Positions 41,478 through 51,427 are shown, counted from the stretch's first letter. The stretch is DNA of 52,216 nt from Pseudomonadota bacterium (GCA_043821645.1 JBDRCO010000136.1:1-52216); one strand, 5' to 3'. Program-made: numbers and translations. The notes: generated by a model not told the origin, from the sequence alone.

Positions 41478-42595
41478 GGTGGCGGATTGGGTTGGGTATC
41501 CTGCTCGTCACCGGCCTTGGGCTGGGCCTCAAGCTGCGCCTGCTGTCCGGCCTCATTGGCGAGGAGACCCTGCGAACGGTGGCGGCCATCGACGCGGCGG
41601 TTGCCGTGTTGCTGCTGATCTTCTCCGTCGCCATCCTGACCGGGCACCTGAGTTACCTGCGCGAGCTGGTGCGTCACCTCCACATCGTGGTGGGAGGGCG
41701 TCGCGACCTGCGCATGCCCGTACGTGGGGATGGCGTGGCCGCGGATCTTGGTCACGGGATCAACGAGCTGCTGGGGTCGGTACCTCAGGATGAGGGCCTG
41801 TCGAGTTCGACCCCCGGTATTCGCCGCGTGGTGCGCCCTGGCGAAGCCACGGATCCCAAGCTGCGCGCGCGCATCCTGGGGCCGGTGGGGCGTGCCCTCG
41901 ACACTCCGGAGCCTGGAGCCGACTTCGGCGAGGGCGTGGGGCCCGTGCGCGTTCGGCCGCGGGATGCCTCCGGCGAACCGTCGGCCAGCACGCCTCCCAC
42001 GTCGGCAGCAGCAGCCGGCGAGGTGCCTCGCTTCGACACCGAGGTCAGCGGTCCACCGGATCAGGAGCAGGTGGTCGAGCCTTCTCTTGATATGGCGTCC
42101 GCCGAGGATTCGCTGCCGCCTTCCAGGACCGACGGCCGCGACGCAGGGCCCGGGGCTGTCGAGCGAGGAGACGAGGACGTCACCGTGCAGGGCCGGCCGG
42201 AGAGCGGCGCGGGTTCCGCTGTCGCAGTGGCGGACGACAACCTGGCGCCGAGTGACGACGAGGACCTGCCCGTGGCGCCCGCGGCCGACCTCTCCGCAAG
42301 CGACTCGAGCGTGCCCTTCGCCAGCGCGGTGTCCTTGCATGATGTGCCCGCTCTCGACGACGTGGTCGCCGATGCTCGGCGCGATCTGTTCGAGGCCTAC
42401 CTGAGCGCCAAGAAGCGCCTGGGGGAGGATGTCGCCGAGGTCACCTACCAGGCCTTCGATCAGCAGCTCGATGACCTCGAGGTGCAACTCAAGGCCGAGC
42501 GTGGCTGCGACGACGTGCGCTTTAACGTGCGGGTGGTCGACGGTCGCGTGGCCCTGCAGCCGCGCCTGGTTCGCAACAAGGCTCAGGTCTCGTGA
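41474..42595 (+). CDS. Membrane protein with acidic disordered linker and MXAN_5187-type C-terminal domain
   Basis: Two TM segments and a HAMP-like segment. C-terminal LFEAYLSAKKRLGE...CDDVRFNVRVVDGRVALQP. ATGA overlap with the previous gene. Confidence 0.75.
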   Translation: MRWRIGLGILLVTGLGLGLKLRLLSGLIGEETLRTVAAIDAAVAVLLLIFSVAILTGHLSYLRELVRHLHIVVGGRRDLRMPVRGDGVAADLGHGINELLGSVPQDEGLSSSTPGIRRVVRPGEATDPKLRARILGPVGRALDTPEPGADFGEGVGPVRVRPRDASGEPSASTPPTSAAAAGEVPRFDTEVSGPPDQEQVVEPSLDMASAEDSLPPSRTDGRDAGPGAVERGDEDVTVQGRPESGAGSAVAVADDNLAPSDDEDLPVAPAADLSASDSSVPFASAVSLHDVPALDDVVADARRDLFEAYLSAKKRLGEDVAEVTYQAFDQQLDDLEVQLKAERGCDDVRFNVRVVDGRVALQPRLVRNKAQVS

Positions 42596-42696
42596 CGGTC
42601 GTTCGACCCATTTCAAGTTGAACGCAGAAGGTCAGGTGGGGTGCCGGGGCCTCGGCCGTCGGCTTCACGACAGAGCCCGCCGCGCCGGATCGGGTA

Positions 42697-43656
42697 TCAC
42701 AGGGTCGCGGGCGGGCCCTGGGTCTGGCCCTCTCCCAGCAGGCGGATCCCCTCACCGCGAAATGCGGTGATGGCGCGGTCGGTGACGTCGCTCAAGAAGG
42801 CCTTCTCGTGGCGGGTGTCGTACACGTAAGCCTTGGCCGTGACGACGAGCACGGCCCGGCCCTGGGGTGTGAGATCCAGGGCAAACAGCACGCCGAAGGG
42901 CTTGCCGAGGTACAGGTACTTGGAGGCGAGGACCGCGTCATTGACGATCTGGCGCGCACGGCGGTGATCGGCGTCGGGCTCGAGATAGAACGGGATGACC
43001 ACCATGCAGTCGAGGGCGCCCGCATTGGCGCTGGCGACAGGGTCATTGAGAAACTTGTTGGTGGGGATGGTGACCAGGTTGTCGTCGAGGGTCACCAGCT
43101 GCACGTTGCGCAACCCGATCTCGATGACCTCTCCATAGAAGCCGCCAAAGGAGATGCGGTCGCCCACCTGGAAGGGCTTGTTGGTCAGGATGGACAGGCC
43201 AGCCAGGAAGGACGAGGCCAGGTCCTTGAGGGCAAAGCCCGCAGCCACGGCGAGGGTGCCTGAGAGAGCGAACAGCACCTGGGATGACACCGTGAACACG
43301 GCCGACGCGGCCAGGACCGCTGCCACCGCGTAGGCGACGAAACCGATGATGGTGCGCGCGTTCTTGATCAGCAGCCGGCGATGGACCATGCGCTCGGCCA
43401 GGCGGTCGCTGCCACGGTACAGGAGCTGCACCAGGACGTAGGTGACGACCAGGATGGCCAGGGCATAGGGCACAGCATCCGGGTTGAAGAGGGTGAATAG
43501 ATCGCCCTCGCTCACACCTGCGGCCGGGAGGGGAGGACCGTCGATGTGGGTGACGCTGGCGCTGGCGGCGTGCCCGATGTGCTGCGAGGCTCCACTGGCC
43601 ATCCCGTCGAGGCTGCTGCGGATGCTTGCCAGGAGAAGGTGCAGGTCGATGCCCAT
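42697..43656 (-). CDS. mscS: Small-conductance mechanosensitive channel family protein
   Basis: GFALKDLASSFLAG, KPFQVGDRI, GEVIEIGLR and DNLVTIPTN. Confidence 0.9.
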   Translation of the reverse strand: MGIDLHLLLASIRSSLDGMASGASQHIGHAASASVTHIDGPPLPAAGVSEGDLFTLFNPDAVPYALAILVVTYVLVQLLYRGSDRLAERMVHRRLLIKNARTIIGFVAYAVAAVLAASAVFTVSSQVLFALSGTLAVAAGFALKDLASSFLAGLSILTNKPFQVGDRISFGGFYGEVIEIGLRNVQLVTLDDNLVTIPTNKFLNDPVASANAGALDCMVVIPFYLEPDADHRRARQIVNDAVLASKYLYLGKPFGVLFALDLTPQGRAVLVVTAKAYVYDTRHEKAFLSDVTDRAITAFRGEGIRLLGEGQTQGPPATL

Positions 43657-43664
43657 GGTGCCTC

Positions 43665-46600
43665 CTAGACCTCGAACAGCAGGTGCTTGGAGCGCAGGCG
43701 ATCCAGGACCTGGCGATAGTAGCGAGGAGACAGGGTCACTCGGTCATGACCGGTGCGCTTGGCCTCGACGAAGCCGTATTCGCGCAGGATGCGCACCGCA
43801 AATCCGGCGAAGTCCATCGACACCGCGAGCGTGCTCTGGAGTTCCGGGGCAGCCAGGTTCTCGTGCTGGCAGATGGCGGCCAGGGCAAACCATAATTCGT
43901 CCCCCAGCAGGTCGAAGGCGCCGGCGTCGGCGGTGCGGAACAGTCCGACCTCCAGGGTGCTGTCATCGGTGGGGTGGAGCGCGCTGAGCCACAGGTGGGT
44001 GGCAATGCGCGGGTTGCCACGACTCTGATCCCACAGCAGACGGAAGAAGCCCTCGGCACCCTCGATGAGCTGGAACTGGTCGCTGGGTCCGGTTTCGTCG
44101 TCGAGCAACATCTCGCTGAAGCGGATGGTGAAGCCCGACCGCCGGTTGCGGGTGTTGATCAGTTCCTGCAATTCATTGGCGCTCCACCGCGGTAGCTCGA
44201 TGATGCGCCTGAAGTAGTGCTCGCGCTTGCGGCTCTGGTTGATGAACTGCCATGCGAAGCGATTGAACACGAGGACCCAGAACACCCGCTCGCTGGTCTG
44301 GTTGACGAGCTGCACGAGGGCGTCAAAGGCACGGTAGCCGTCGACGATGCGCAAGAAAAGATTGTGGGCGTCGTCGACGATGACGACGCGCTCGGGACCC
44401 GACTGCAAGAAATGCGCGATGTCCTCGATGCTGTGCGCGTCATCGGCGCCCAGCGCCGGCGCCAGGTTGTTGGCCAGGGACGCCGGGTCCAGCACCTTTG
44501 TGTGCAGAGTGTGAAACAGCACTTCGGTGTCGACGAGGCTGCGCCGCAGCATGCCGCACAGGGTGCTCTTGCCTATGCCCTTCTCGCCGACCAGGACCAC
44601 GGAGCCCCCGGCGTTGGTGCCGCGCCAGTGGGCGATCTGCTCGAGGATGGGCGCCAGCACCTCGTCTCTCCGCAATACGGCCGCATCCTCCTCGCCCAGG
44701 ATGGGGTACAGCGGAAACTCGCTGCGGTACTTCTCGGGAAGCTGTGCCTCGACCTCGCTGCCGGCCTTCTTGGCCATACGTTTAAGCTCTCGGGCGCGCA
44801 GGAAAGTCGAGAGACCGCCGCGCTCGGACAGGCGCAGCGCCACGCGGCTCGCGGCACCCACGACCAGCCAGACCAGGGCCACGGGGCTGAGGATCGCTCC
44901 GCGACGATCCCGGCTCATCCAGGAGATTGCGCCCTGCAAGCGGTGCGTGTCCTCGAGGGCCTGTTGCCAGCTGCGGGCCAGCAGTTCGCGCCAGCCCAGG
45001 CAGGCCCACACCAGCCACACCCCCAAACCCGCGATGATCACCATGTCGATGAGCGTGCGCAGCTGTCCGGAACCCAGCCAGGCGTCCACGATGTCATTGG
45101 CCGCAGCGGTCACCACCAGCATCAGGATCAGCCGGTCGTAGGTCAGCCGGAGCAAGCTCAGGGTGCCCTCGCGAACGTCGATGAGCGCGGGTCGGCCGCG
45201 CGAGACCCGGCGGGTCAGCCCGATGAGTGCCTGGCGTCCGAGCCAGAACAGCACGGCCCAGTGCCACAGGATGCTCAGGATCTGGACCTCGACATGGCGG
45301 GTTCCCAGGATGGTGAGCACCAGCTCGCCTGACACCACGTACAGCAGTGTCGGTGCCAGGGCTTGCAGCAGGCCCGCCCAGCGCACCACTGTGCCCATGC
45401 GGCCGCGCAGTGCGCGCAGGCGAGATACCTGCTTGACCAGCCAGCTGACACTGCCCGGGACGAAGCGCCGCCCCCACATGGTGCCGCCGACGACGAGGAT
45501 CAGCAGCGCGAGGCGACCCAGCCAGCCCCAGCTCGCTGCAGGAGAGGCGAAGCTCAGCACATCCCACAGATCCCCCAGGCGGCCGCGCCCCCAGCTTGCC
45601 AGCTGCGATGCCAGCTCCAGCACCTCGTCCTGCAGCTCGGTGAGCAGGGCGACCGATAACGCGTAGGCCTCCTTGCGCGCCTTATCTGAGGCGAGCGGCT
45701 CCAGCGTTGCATTGACCTGCCGCTCGAAGGCCAGGCGCCAGCGCCCGACCGCAACATTGCGACCTTCACTCAGGGTCATGACCTCGACCTGGCGCTCACC
45801 CACGCTGGCCAGGGCCTGTTCCGCTTCTGTAAAGCTCGGGACACTGGTGGGATCGAGAAGCACCTGGTCCAGGCGGGTGGTCAGGGCGCGCAGGTCCACG
45901 CCGGACCCTCCCTCTCCCTGGGCCGACAGCCCCCGCCTCTGCCTCCGCATCTCACGCATGTGCAGCAGGAATGCGTCGTCGAGCTCGGGACTGCCCCCGA
46001 CGAGCGCCAGGGTGCGCAGGATCAGGGTCTGCAGTGCCCGTCCCTCGGTCTCCAGATCCTGTGCCGCCTGGGCCAGCGCGCGCTCCAGCACGGAACTCGC
46101 CGCGATGGCGGCCTCGAGTTGCTCGCGCACGACGGTGCTGGCCTCGAGAAAACGTTCGCGGTCGACCATGAAACCGACCAGGGCACCACCGCTGGCTCTC
46201 GCGTCCAGGGTGGCGGCGCGCGCGGCCAGGCGCCGAAGTGCCCGGGTCAGTTCCGCGACCCGTTCCCGCTCCGTGCGCAGGGCGGTCCGCGGTTCACCCA
46301 GGGCCACGAAGCCGCGCTGGGCGGGTGCGCCAACCACGTCGAGTTTCTCGCCGAGGGCCACCAGGTAGCGATGTCTGAGCTGCGTGGTCTGCAGACGGGA
46401 CTTGCTCTCGATCACCCGCCGCTCGAGCTCCACGACGCGCAGGGCCTTGCTCGCGCGTGCCTGCGCCTGCTGCTCGAGGTGGTCCGCCTTTGCCTTCTCG
46501 TGGGCTGCGATGGCACTGGCGTACTCGGCTCGGGATCGCTCGTAGGCAGCCTGGGTCTCAGCGACCTGCTGCTGCCTGGCCTTGAAGGTTTCGATCGCCT

Positions 46601-47273
46601 TCTGGTGCTCGATCACGGCCTGGTCGTAGGCACTCCAGGCCTCGCGGCGCGCCGCGGTGGTGCGTCGCGAGCGCTTGAAGGGCGGCTTCGTGGGGGCAGG
46701 TGGTGCGGCACCGAGCTCGACGGGTGGCGGCGGGGCCGGCGCCACGGGAGCTTGCACCAGCGCCGGCGGCGGCGGGAGTTGCACCGACTCGGCGCGTGCG
46801 CTTGCGAGTTGCCGCTCCAGGTCCTGCTGCGCGAGTTCGCTCTCCCGAAGCAAGGTTGCCAGCTCGCCGATCCGGGAGCGCACGGCCGCCAGATCGCTCA
46901 GATCCACCGCGAACAGGCTGCGCGGGTCCACGTCGTGGTCGAGGGACCCATCGAGCAGCGAGCGGAGGCGAGCGATGAGGAGGTCTTGCGGTGACGCCGG
47001 GCTTGCTGGCGCGACGACGGGCTCTGCAGTGGGCTGGGTCGCAGGAACTGGGTCGCCGCGACCAGCCGGGTGGCGATCCTCCACCGCTGCGTCCCCGGAC
47101 TCCACGGCTGGTGCTGGCGACGGGGAGGCAGCTTCGGGCGCCCAGGCATCTCGTTGCTCTGGCGCCGCATCGCGACGGGAATCCGGTGATCCGGCAGTCG
47201 AAGCGTCGTGCGCTCCGGCGATCGCCAGCAGGGCGACGATGGTCAGCAGCGGGGCACCCGGAGCAGCGCGCAT
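43665..47273 (-). CDS. Large membrane protein: signal peptide, coiled coil, multi-TM region, P-loop (AAA-like) ATPase
   Basis: Walker A GEKGIGKS (about 44565-44588), Walker B VVIVDDAH and SRGNPR. Stop codon abuts the mscS SD. Confidence 0.85.
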   Translation of the reverse strand: MRAAPGAPLLTIVALLAIAGAHDASTAGSPDSRRDAAPEQRDAWAPEAASPSPAPAVESGDAAVEDRHPAGRGDPVPATQPTAEPVVAPASPASPQDLLIARLRSLLDGSLDHDVDPRSLFAVDLSDLAAVRSRIGELATLLRESELAQQDLERQLASARAESVQLPPPPALVQAPVAPAPPPPVELGAAPPAPTKPPFKRSRRTTAARREAWSAYDQAVIEHQKAIETFKARQQQVAETQAAYERSRAEYASAIAAHEKAKADHLEQQAQARASKALRVVELERRVIESKSRLQTTQLRHRYLVALGEKLDVVGAPAQRGFVALGEPRTALRTERERVAELTRALRRLAARAATLDARASGGALVGFMVDRERFLEASTVVREQLEAAIAASSVLERALAQAAQDLETEGRALQTLILRTLALVGGSPELDDAFLLHMREMRRQRRGLSAQGEGGSGVDLRALTTRLDQVLLDPTSVPSFTEAEQALASVGERQVEVMTLSEGRNVAVGRWRLAFERQVNATLEPLASDKARKEAYALSVALLTELQDEVLELASQLASWGRGRLGDLWDVLSFASPAASWGWLGRLALLILVVGGTMWGRRFVPGSVSWLVKQVSRLRALRGRMGTVVRWAGLLQALAPTLLYVVSGELVLTILGTRHVEVQILSILWHWAVLFWLGRQALIGLTRRVSRGRPALIDVREGTLSLLRLTYDRLILMLVVTAAANDIVDAWLGSGQLRTLIDMVIIAGLGVWLVWACLGWRELLARSWQQALEDTHRLQGAISWMSRDRRGAILSPVALVWLVVGAASRVALRLSERGGLSTFLRARELKRMAKKAGSEVEAQLPEKYRSEFPLYPILGEEDAAVLRRDEVLAPILEQIAHWRGTNAGGSVVLVGEKGIGKSTLCGMLRRSLVDTEVLFHTLHTKVLDPASLANNLAPALGADDAHSIEDIAHFLQSGPERVVIVDDAHNLFLRIVDGYRAFDALVQLVNQTSERVFWVLVFNRFAWQFINQSRKREHYFRRIIELPRWSANELQELINTRNRRSGFTIRFSEMLLDDETGPSDQFQLIEGAEGFFRLLWDQSRGNPRIATHLWLSALHPTDDSTLEVGLFRTADAGAFDLLGDELWFALAAICQHENLAAPELQSTLAVSMDFAGFAVRILREYGFVEAKRTGHDRVTLSPRYYRQVLDRLRSKHLLFEV

Positions 47274-47406
47274 GTGGTCACCTTGCGATTGTCGAAGCAG
47301 TACTCATAGCGCACTGAATCGGGCGCGCAATGTATGCTCGTGCGGGTCAGGTGCGGCTCGCGGGCTCTTTCGCGCGGTCCTGTGGCTGCGCGACCAAGGC
47401 GTCCGT

Positions 47407-48318
47407 TCACGCTGTGGCGGTCTGGTTCCGGCTGAGCGCAACGCGGCGGTAGATGATGATGCCCAGGGAGGTCAGGGCCACCAGCATGGATGTGAACTGC
47501 CCCACCGACAGCACGCCGTCGATGACGTAGCCGCGCTCGGGATCGCCGCGGAACAGCTCGAGGGTCGAGCGCAGGATGGGATAGAGAATGAAGAAGGTCA
47601 GGGCCACCTGGCCGTGGAACCACTTGCGCGAGCGCACGAAGACCAGGATCGCAAACACCAGCAACTCGCCCAAGGATTCGTAGAGCTGGACTGGGTGCAG
47701 GGGCAGCGTCGAGCCCAGCTCCGTCATCAGACGTACCGTCTCGGCGTCGGCGGTGCGGATCAGGCTGGTGTAGGCCAGGGCCTGGGGCGGGAAGCTGGCA
47801 GCCCAGGGCATGTCCGCGATTACCTTGCCCGCGTCGAGGTGAAAGGCGGGCTCACCCCAGCAACAGCCTGCGGCGAAGCAGCCCAGGCGTCCGAAGAAGT
47901 GGCCAAGGGGTAGCGACACGATGGCCAGGTCCGCGAATTTTCCCAGGTGCAGCTTGTGTCGGTAAGCGTAGATCAGGAAGGCGATGACGCCGCCGAGGGC
48001 ACCGCCATAAAAAACCAGGCCGCCCTGCCACACCGCGAGGATCGCCGGGATGCGAAAGGGCAGCCACTCCACAGTCACCCAGGGATTGGTCACGAAATAC
48101 TGGTGCCAGTTGACCGCGATGAAATACACGCGCGCGCCGACCAGGCCACCCACCAGCGCCCAGAACGCAAAATCCAGGGCCTCGTCCTCGTACTCACCCT
48201 GGCGCCGCGCTTCGCGCGTGGCGACGAAGATACCCATGACGAAGCCCAGAGCGATGAGCACGCCATAAGTGTGCAGGGGCCAGTCGACGATCGGGATGCG
48301 AAACAGGACGGGATGCAT
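47407..48318 (-). CDS. lgt: Prolipoprotein diacylglyceryl transferase
   Basis: MHPVLF, YG, GARVYF, WQGGLVFYGG, GRLGCFAAGCCWG, HPVQLYE and ELFRGD. Confidence 0.95.
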   Translation of the reverse strand: MHPVLFRIPIVDWPLHTYGVLIALGFVMGIFVATREARRQGEYEDEALDFAFWALVGGLVGARVYFIAVNWHQYFVTNPWVTVEWLPFRIPAILAVWQGGLVFYGGALGGVIAFLIYAYRHKLHLGKFADLAIVSLPLGHFFGRLGCFAAGCCWGEPAFHLDAGKVIADMPWAASFPPQALAYTSLIRTADAETVRLMTELGSTLPLHPVQLYESLGELLVFAILVFVRSRKWFHGQVALTFFILYPILRSTLELFRGDPERGYVIDGVLSVGQFTSMLVALTSLGIIIYRRVALSRNQTATA

Positions 48319-48659
48319 GCCAGCTCCAATGAGGGGTCTGCTGTGCCACTCCAACAGGCTGAAGGGCTCCGGCATTCCTGCGCGGCGCCGCAGGGTATAG
48401 CAGAGGCTCCGCGCCCGGGCCAGGTGTGCTCAGCCCGAGCGGTATGGGTCCAGGTCCTCGACGTCAAAGGCCGTGGCGCCACCCCGCGGCCACTGAGACC
48501 GCACCTGCTGCGGTTCGTGTTTCGGCGCCGGGTCGATGCCGTGCTGCAGGCGCTGACCGAGCAGCCGCTCTATGTGGGGTGTGGCGACAGGTCGCAGGCG
48601 TTCACGTCGCTGCTTCGCCGCAGGTCATCATAGGCGACCCGATCGATCCAGGGGCTGGC

Positions 48660-49493
48660 TCAGGTCCAGCCAGCGCGCTCGTCCTCGGTGAGCAGGAGTT
48701 CAGGCTCGGCGAAGAAGCGCTCCATTTCCGTGCACATCTGTCCGGCGTGGTAGCCGTCGATCACCCGGTGGTCAAAGGTCCCGCACAGACGCAGCACCGG
48801 ACGTGGCACCACCTGCCCGTCGACCACCCAGGGTCGCAGCTTGATGCGCGTGACCGTGAGGATTGCAGGGCAGCGGGCAATGGGGGTGAACGGTGCAAAG
48901 CCGGAATCCACTCCCAGCATCCCCACGCTGGTCACCATGGCGCTGCCAAAGGGATCTCTCGGCATGCCGAGCCGGGGCAGGTGCAGATTGAGGCGATTGG
49001 TCATGAAATCCATGAACACCAGGACGATGCGCAGTGCCCACAAGGGGAGCAGGTTGAACAGGTCGCGACTGCGCTTGAAGGCTGGATCGCGGTCCTCCCG
49101 GATGTCGTTCGCCGAGCGCGTGAGCTTCTGGGAGATGTCCCTGAGCCCGAGCCTGTCCACCTCGGGGAGCTTGAACCCCGACAGATCGCGCCCGCTGTCC
49201 GTGCTCACCTGGCAGAAGATGTCGACGGTGGGCCTCTGCAGCAGCTGGGCCCAGCCCACCTTGCAGTTCAGACCCGGGTGCTTGGCAAAGGTCAGGGCCA
49301 CCGCCCGGGTCACCATGTGGGTGACCGTGATCTTGCTCTCCAGGCGCTGGTTGTACTGTTCCTGAAAGCGCTGGGCCGGCGTCATGTCAATGTCGACGAA
49401 GCCGAAGATGTGCGGGTCGTTGGGCTCGTGCCACATGGCGGCGGCAAGCTTGCGAAAGCTCGATGGACGCTCGAGTGCCTTGAAGTAACCCAT
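48660..49493 (-). CDS. 2-oxoacid dehydrogenase E2-like acyltransferase, catalytic domain only
   Basis: TSVGMLG and FDHRVIDG catalytic motif. No lipoyl or E3-binding domain. Confidence 0.85.
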   Translation of the reverse strand: MGYFKALERPSSFRKLAAAMWHEPNDPHIFGFVDIDMTPAQRFQEQYNQRLESKITVTHMVTRAVALTFAKHPGLNCKVGWAQLLQRPTVDIFCQVSTDSGRDLSGFKLPEVDRLGLRDISQKLTRSANDIREDRDPAFKRSRDLFNLLPLWALRIVLVFMDFMTNRLNLHLPRLGMPRDPFGSAMVTSVGMLGVDSGFAPFTPIARCPAILTVTRIKLRPWVVDGQVVPRPVLRLCGTFDHRVIDGYHAGQMCTEMERFFAEPELLLTEDERAGWT

Positions 49494-49647
49494 GGCTTCC
49501 CTCCCGCGGCACCCGTCGTGGGGCGTCGCGCTCGACCCGAAGATAACTGGTCCAGGGCACCCACCGGGTGGGTGAAGGCACTGTATCTCAATTTCGGCGC
49601 GCGCTAGCATGCCCGGGTGGCCCAACACGGTGCTTGACGGACAGACC

Positions 49648-50658
49648 ATGCGCAGACTTCGCCATGTCTATGATGACCTCGATCTGAAACGCCTCGAGCG
49701 GCAACTCGGTTCCAGGGCCATGGAGGTCCTGTTCGAGAGCCTGGCCGCCCTCGGGCGCCTGCATCCGATGGCGCGCCTGGAGCGTCATGGCGTCGAGGTG
49801 CTGCGCGATGTTGCCTACCGCGACGGCAACCTGCGCGAGCATCGTCTCGATGTGTATCGGCCCGTACAGCGGGGTACCGAGCCCCTGCCCGTGTGCCTGT
49901 ACCTGCACGGTGGCGGTTTCCGCATCCTGTCCAAAGAAACGCACTGGCTGATGGGTCTGCTGTTCGCCCGTCGCGGCTACGTGGTGTTCAACGCCTCCTA
50001 CCGGCTGGCACCGCAGCACCCCTTCCCCGCGGCGCTCGAGGATGCCGGAGACGCCCTGGCCTGGGTCGCGCACAACGCGCCCGCCTTCGGGGGCGATCTG
50101 TCCCGGCTGGTGCTGGCCGGGGAATCCGCCGGCGCCAACCTTGCGACGGCGCTGAGCGTGTGCTGCTGCTTCGAGCGCCCTGAGCCCGTGGCGCGCACCG
50201 TGTACGAGCTGGGTGTGGTGCCCCGCGGCGTGGTGCCTGCATGTGGCATCCTGCAGGCGTCCGATGCCGAACGCTTCGGCCGGCGCAAGAAGCTGCCGCG
50301 CTTCGTCGAGGCGCGCATGCTCGAGGTCGGACACGGCTATCTCCCCGACGGTGGGGGCCCGGGGCGTGAGCTGGCGGATCCACTCTGCCTCCTCGAGCAG
50401 GACACGCCGTCCCAGAGACCGCTTCCCGCGTTCTACATCCCAGTGGGTACCAGCGATCCGCTTCTCGACGACACCCGCCGTCTGGCGGCCGCTCTCGAGC
50501 GGCGCGGTGTGCCCTGCAAGGCCAGCTATTTTCCGGGTGAGGTGCATGCCTTTCATGCCTTCATCTGGCGTGAGGCCGCGCGCACCTGCTGGCGCGAAAC
50601 CTTCGAGTTTCTCGAGCAGCACGTACCGCACGATTGGGTGCCGCAGCCGCTGATCTAA
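49648..50658 (+). CDS. HSL-family esterase/lipase (alpha/beta hydrolase)
   Basis: HGGGF, YRLAP..PFPAALED, GESAG, DPL and HAF. Start may be 49609. Confidence 0.9.
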   Translation: MRRLRHVYDDLDLKRLERQLGSRAMEVLFESLAALGRLHPMARLERHGVEVLRDVAYRDGNLREHRLDVYRPVQRGTEPLPVCLYLHGGGFRILSKETHWLMGLLFARRGYVVFNASYRLAPQHPFPAALEDAGDALAWVAHNAPAFGGDLSRLVLAGESAGANLATALSVCCCFERPEPVARTVYELGVVPRGVVPACGILQASDAERFGRRKKLPRFVEARMLEVGHGYLPDGGGPGRELADPLCLLEQDTPSQRPLPAFYIPVGTSDPLLDDTRRLAAALERRGVPCKASYFPGEVHAFHAFIWREAARTCWRETFEFLEQHVPHDWVPQPLI

Positions 50659-50686
50659 GGCGACGCGCGTGCGCTACACTGCATCC

Positions 50687-51427
50687 ATGACCAGCCACCC
50701 CGAAAGAGTGCTGATCTCGGGAGTCCTGGGCCTCGCGGCGCAGATGCTGGCCGGCTGTCCGTCGCTGGCTGTCGGAAAGACGTGCCAGCAGGATTCGCAG
50801 TGTCCCCAGTTCTTTCATTGCGATCGTGCCCGGGGCGCATGTGTGGTCGGGGTGGGGGCAGGCGACTCGGGGGCGTCCCTGGACGCCATCGGTCTCGAGC
50901 ACGCGCTGCTCGACGCCAGGCCCCTGGATTCACGTGCCCTGGACGGTGCGACGGATGCGGCGGAGGCCGACGACGCCGCGATGAGGGATGCCCATCACGA
51001 CGGGGCGCGTCCGGATCTCTTCAGCCTCGATGGACGAGCGCTCGACGCGTCGCAGGTCGACCATGACGTGACGCTCGACGCCGCGTCGGCCGACCTGACG
51101 TTGTTCCGCGATGTCGAGGGTGTTGATGCCCTGGCCCTTCGCTGCGACGCACGGCTGTACGTTGACCCGGATCCCCCCGTCGCGGGACAGATCCTTCAGG
51201 TCCATTTCTACTCCTCTGCCGATCTCGGGGTGATGGAGCTCCACGTGAGCGGTCCGGGCTCGCCGCAAGCTCGATCGACGACGAAGTTCTGTGTGGCCAA
51301 CCCCACGACCTGTACCTACGGGTTCGAGGTGGACCAGCTACAGACGGGCCTGCTCCAGATGACGCTGACCTATAGCCAGGGTTATCGCCTGGCGCAGTGT
51401 GAAAAGATCGTCGTCCCAGGTGGTTGA
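50687..51427 (+). CDS. Lipoprotein with Cys-rich N-terminal module and Asp/Ala-rich linker
   Basis: LAGC lipobox, CQQDSQCPQFFHCD...C, repeated LDA/DG linker, and a small beta-rich C-terminal domain. Confidence 0.78.
   Translation: MTSHPERVLISGVLGLAAQMLAGCPSLAVGKTCQQDSQCPQFFHCDRARGACVVGVGAGDSGASLDAIGLEHALLDARPLDSRALDGATDAAEADDAAMRDAHHDGARPDLFSLDGRALDASQVDHDVTLDAASADLTLFRDVEGVDALALRCDARLYVDPDPPVAGQILQVHFYSSADLGVMELHVSGPGSPQARSTTKFCVANPTTCTYGFEVDQLQTGLLQMTLTYSQGYRLAQCEKIVVPGG

Noticed and set aside
50860-51100. Asp/Ala-rich LDA/DG repeats in the lipoprotein as a second RiPP-like repeat
   Set aside because: Irregular low-complexity linker typical of myxobacterial lipoproteins, without the fixed VVDPxPxD register.
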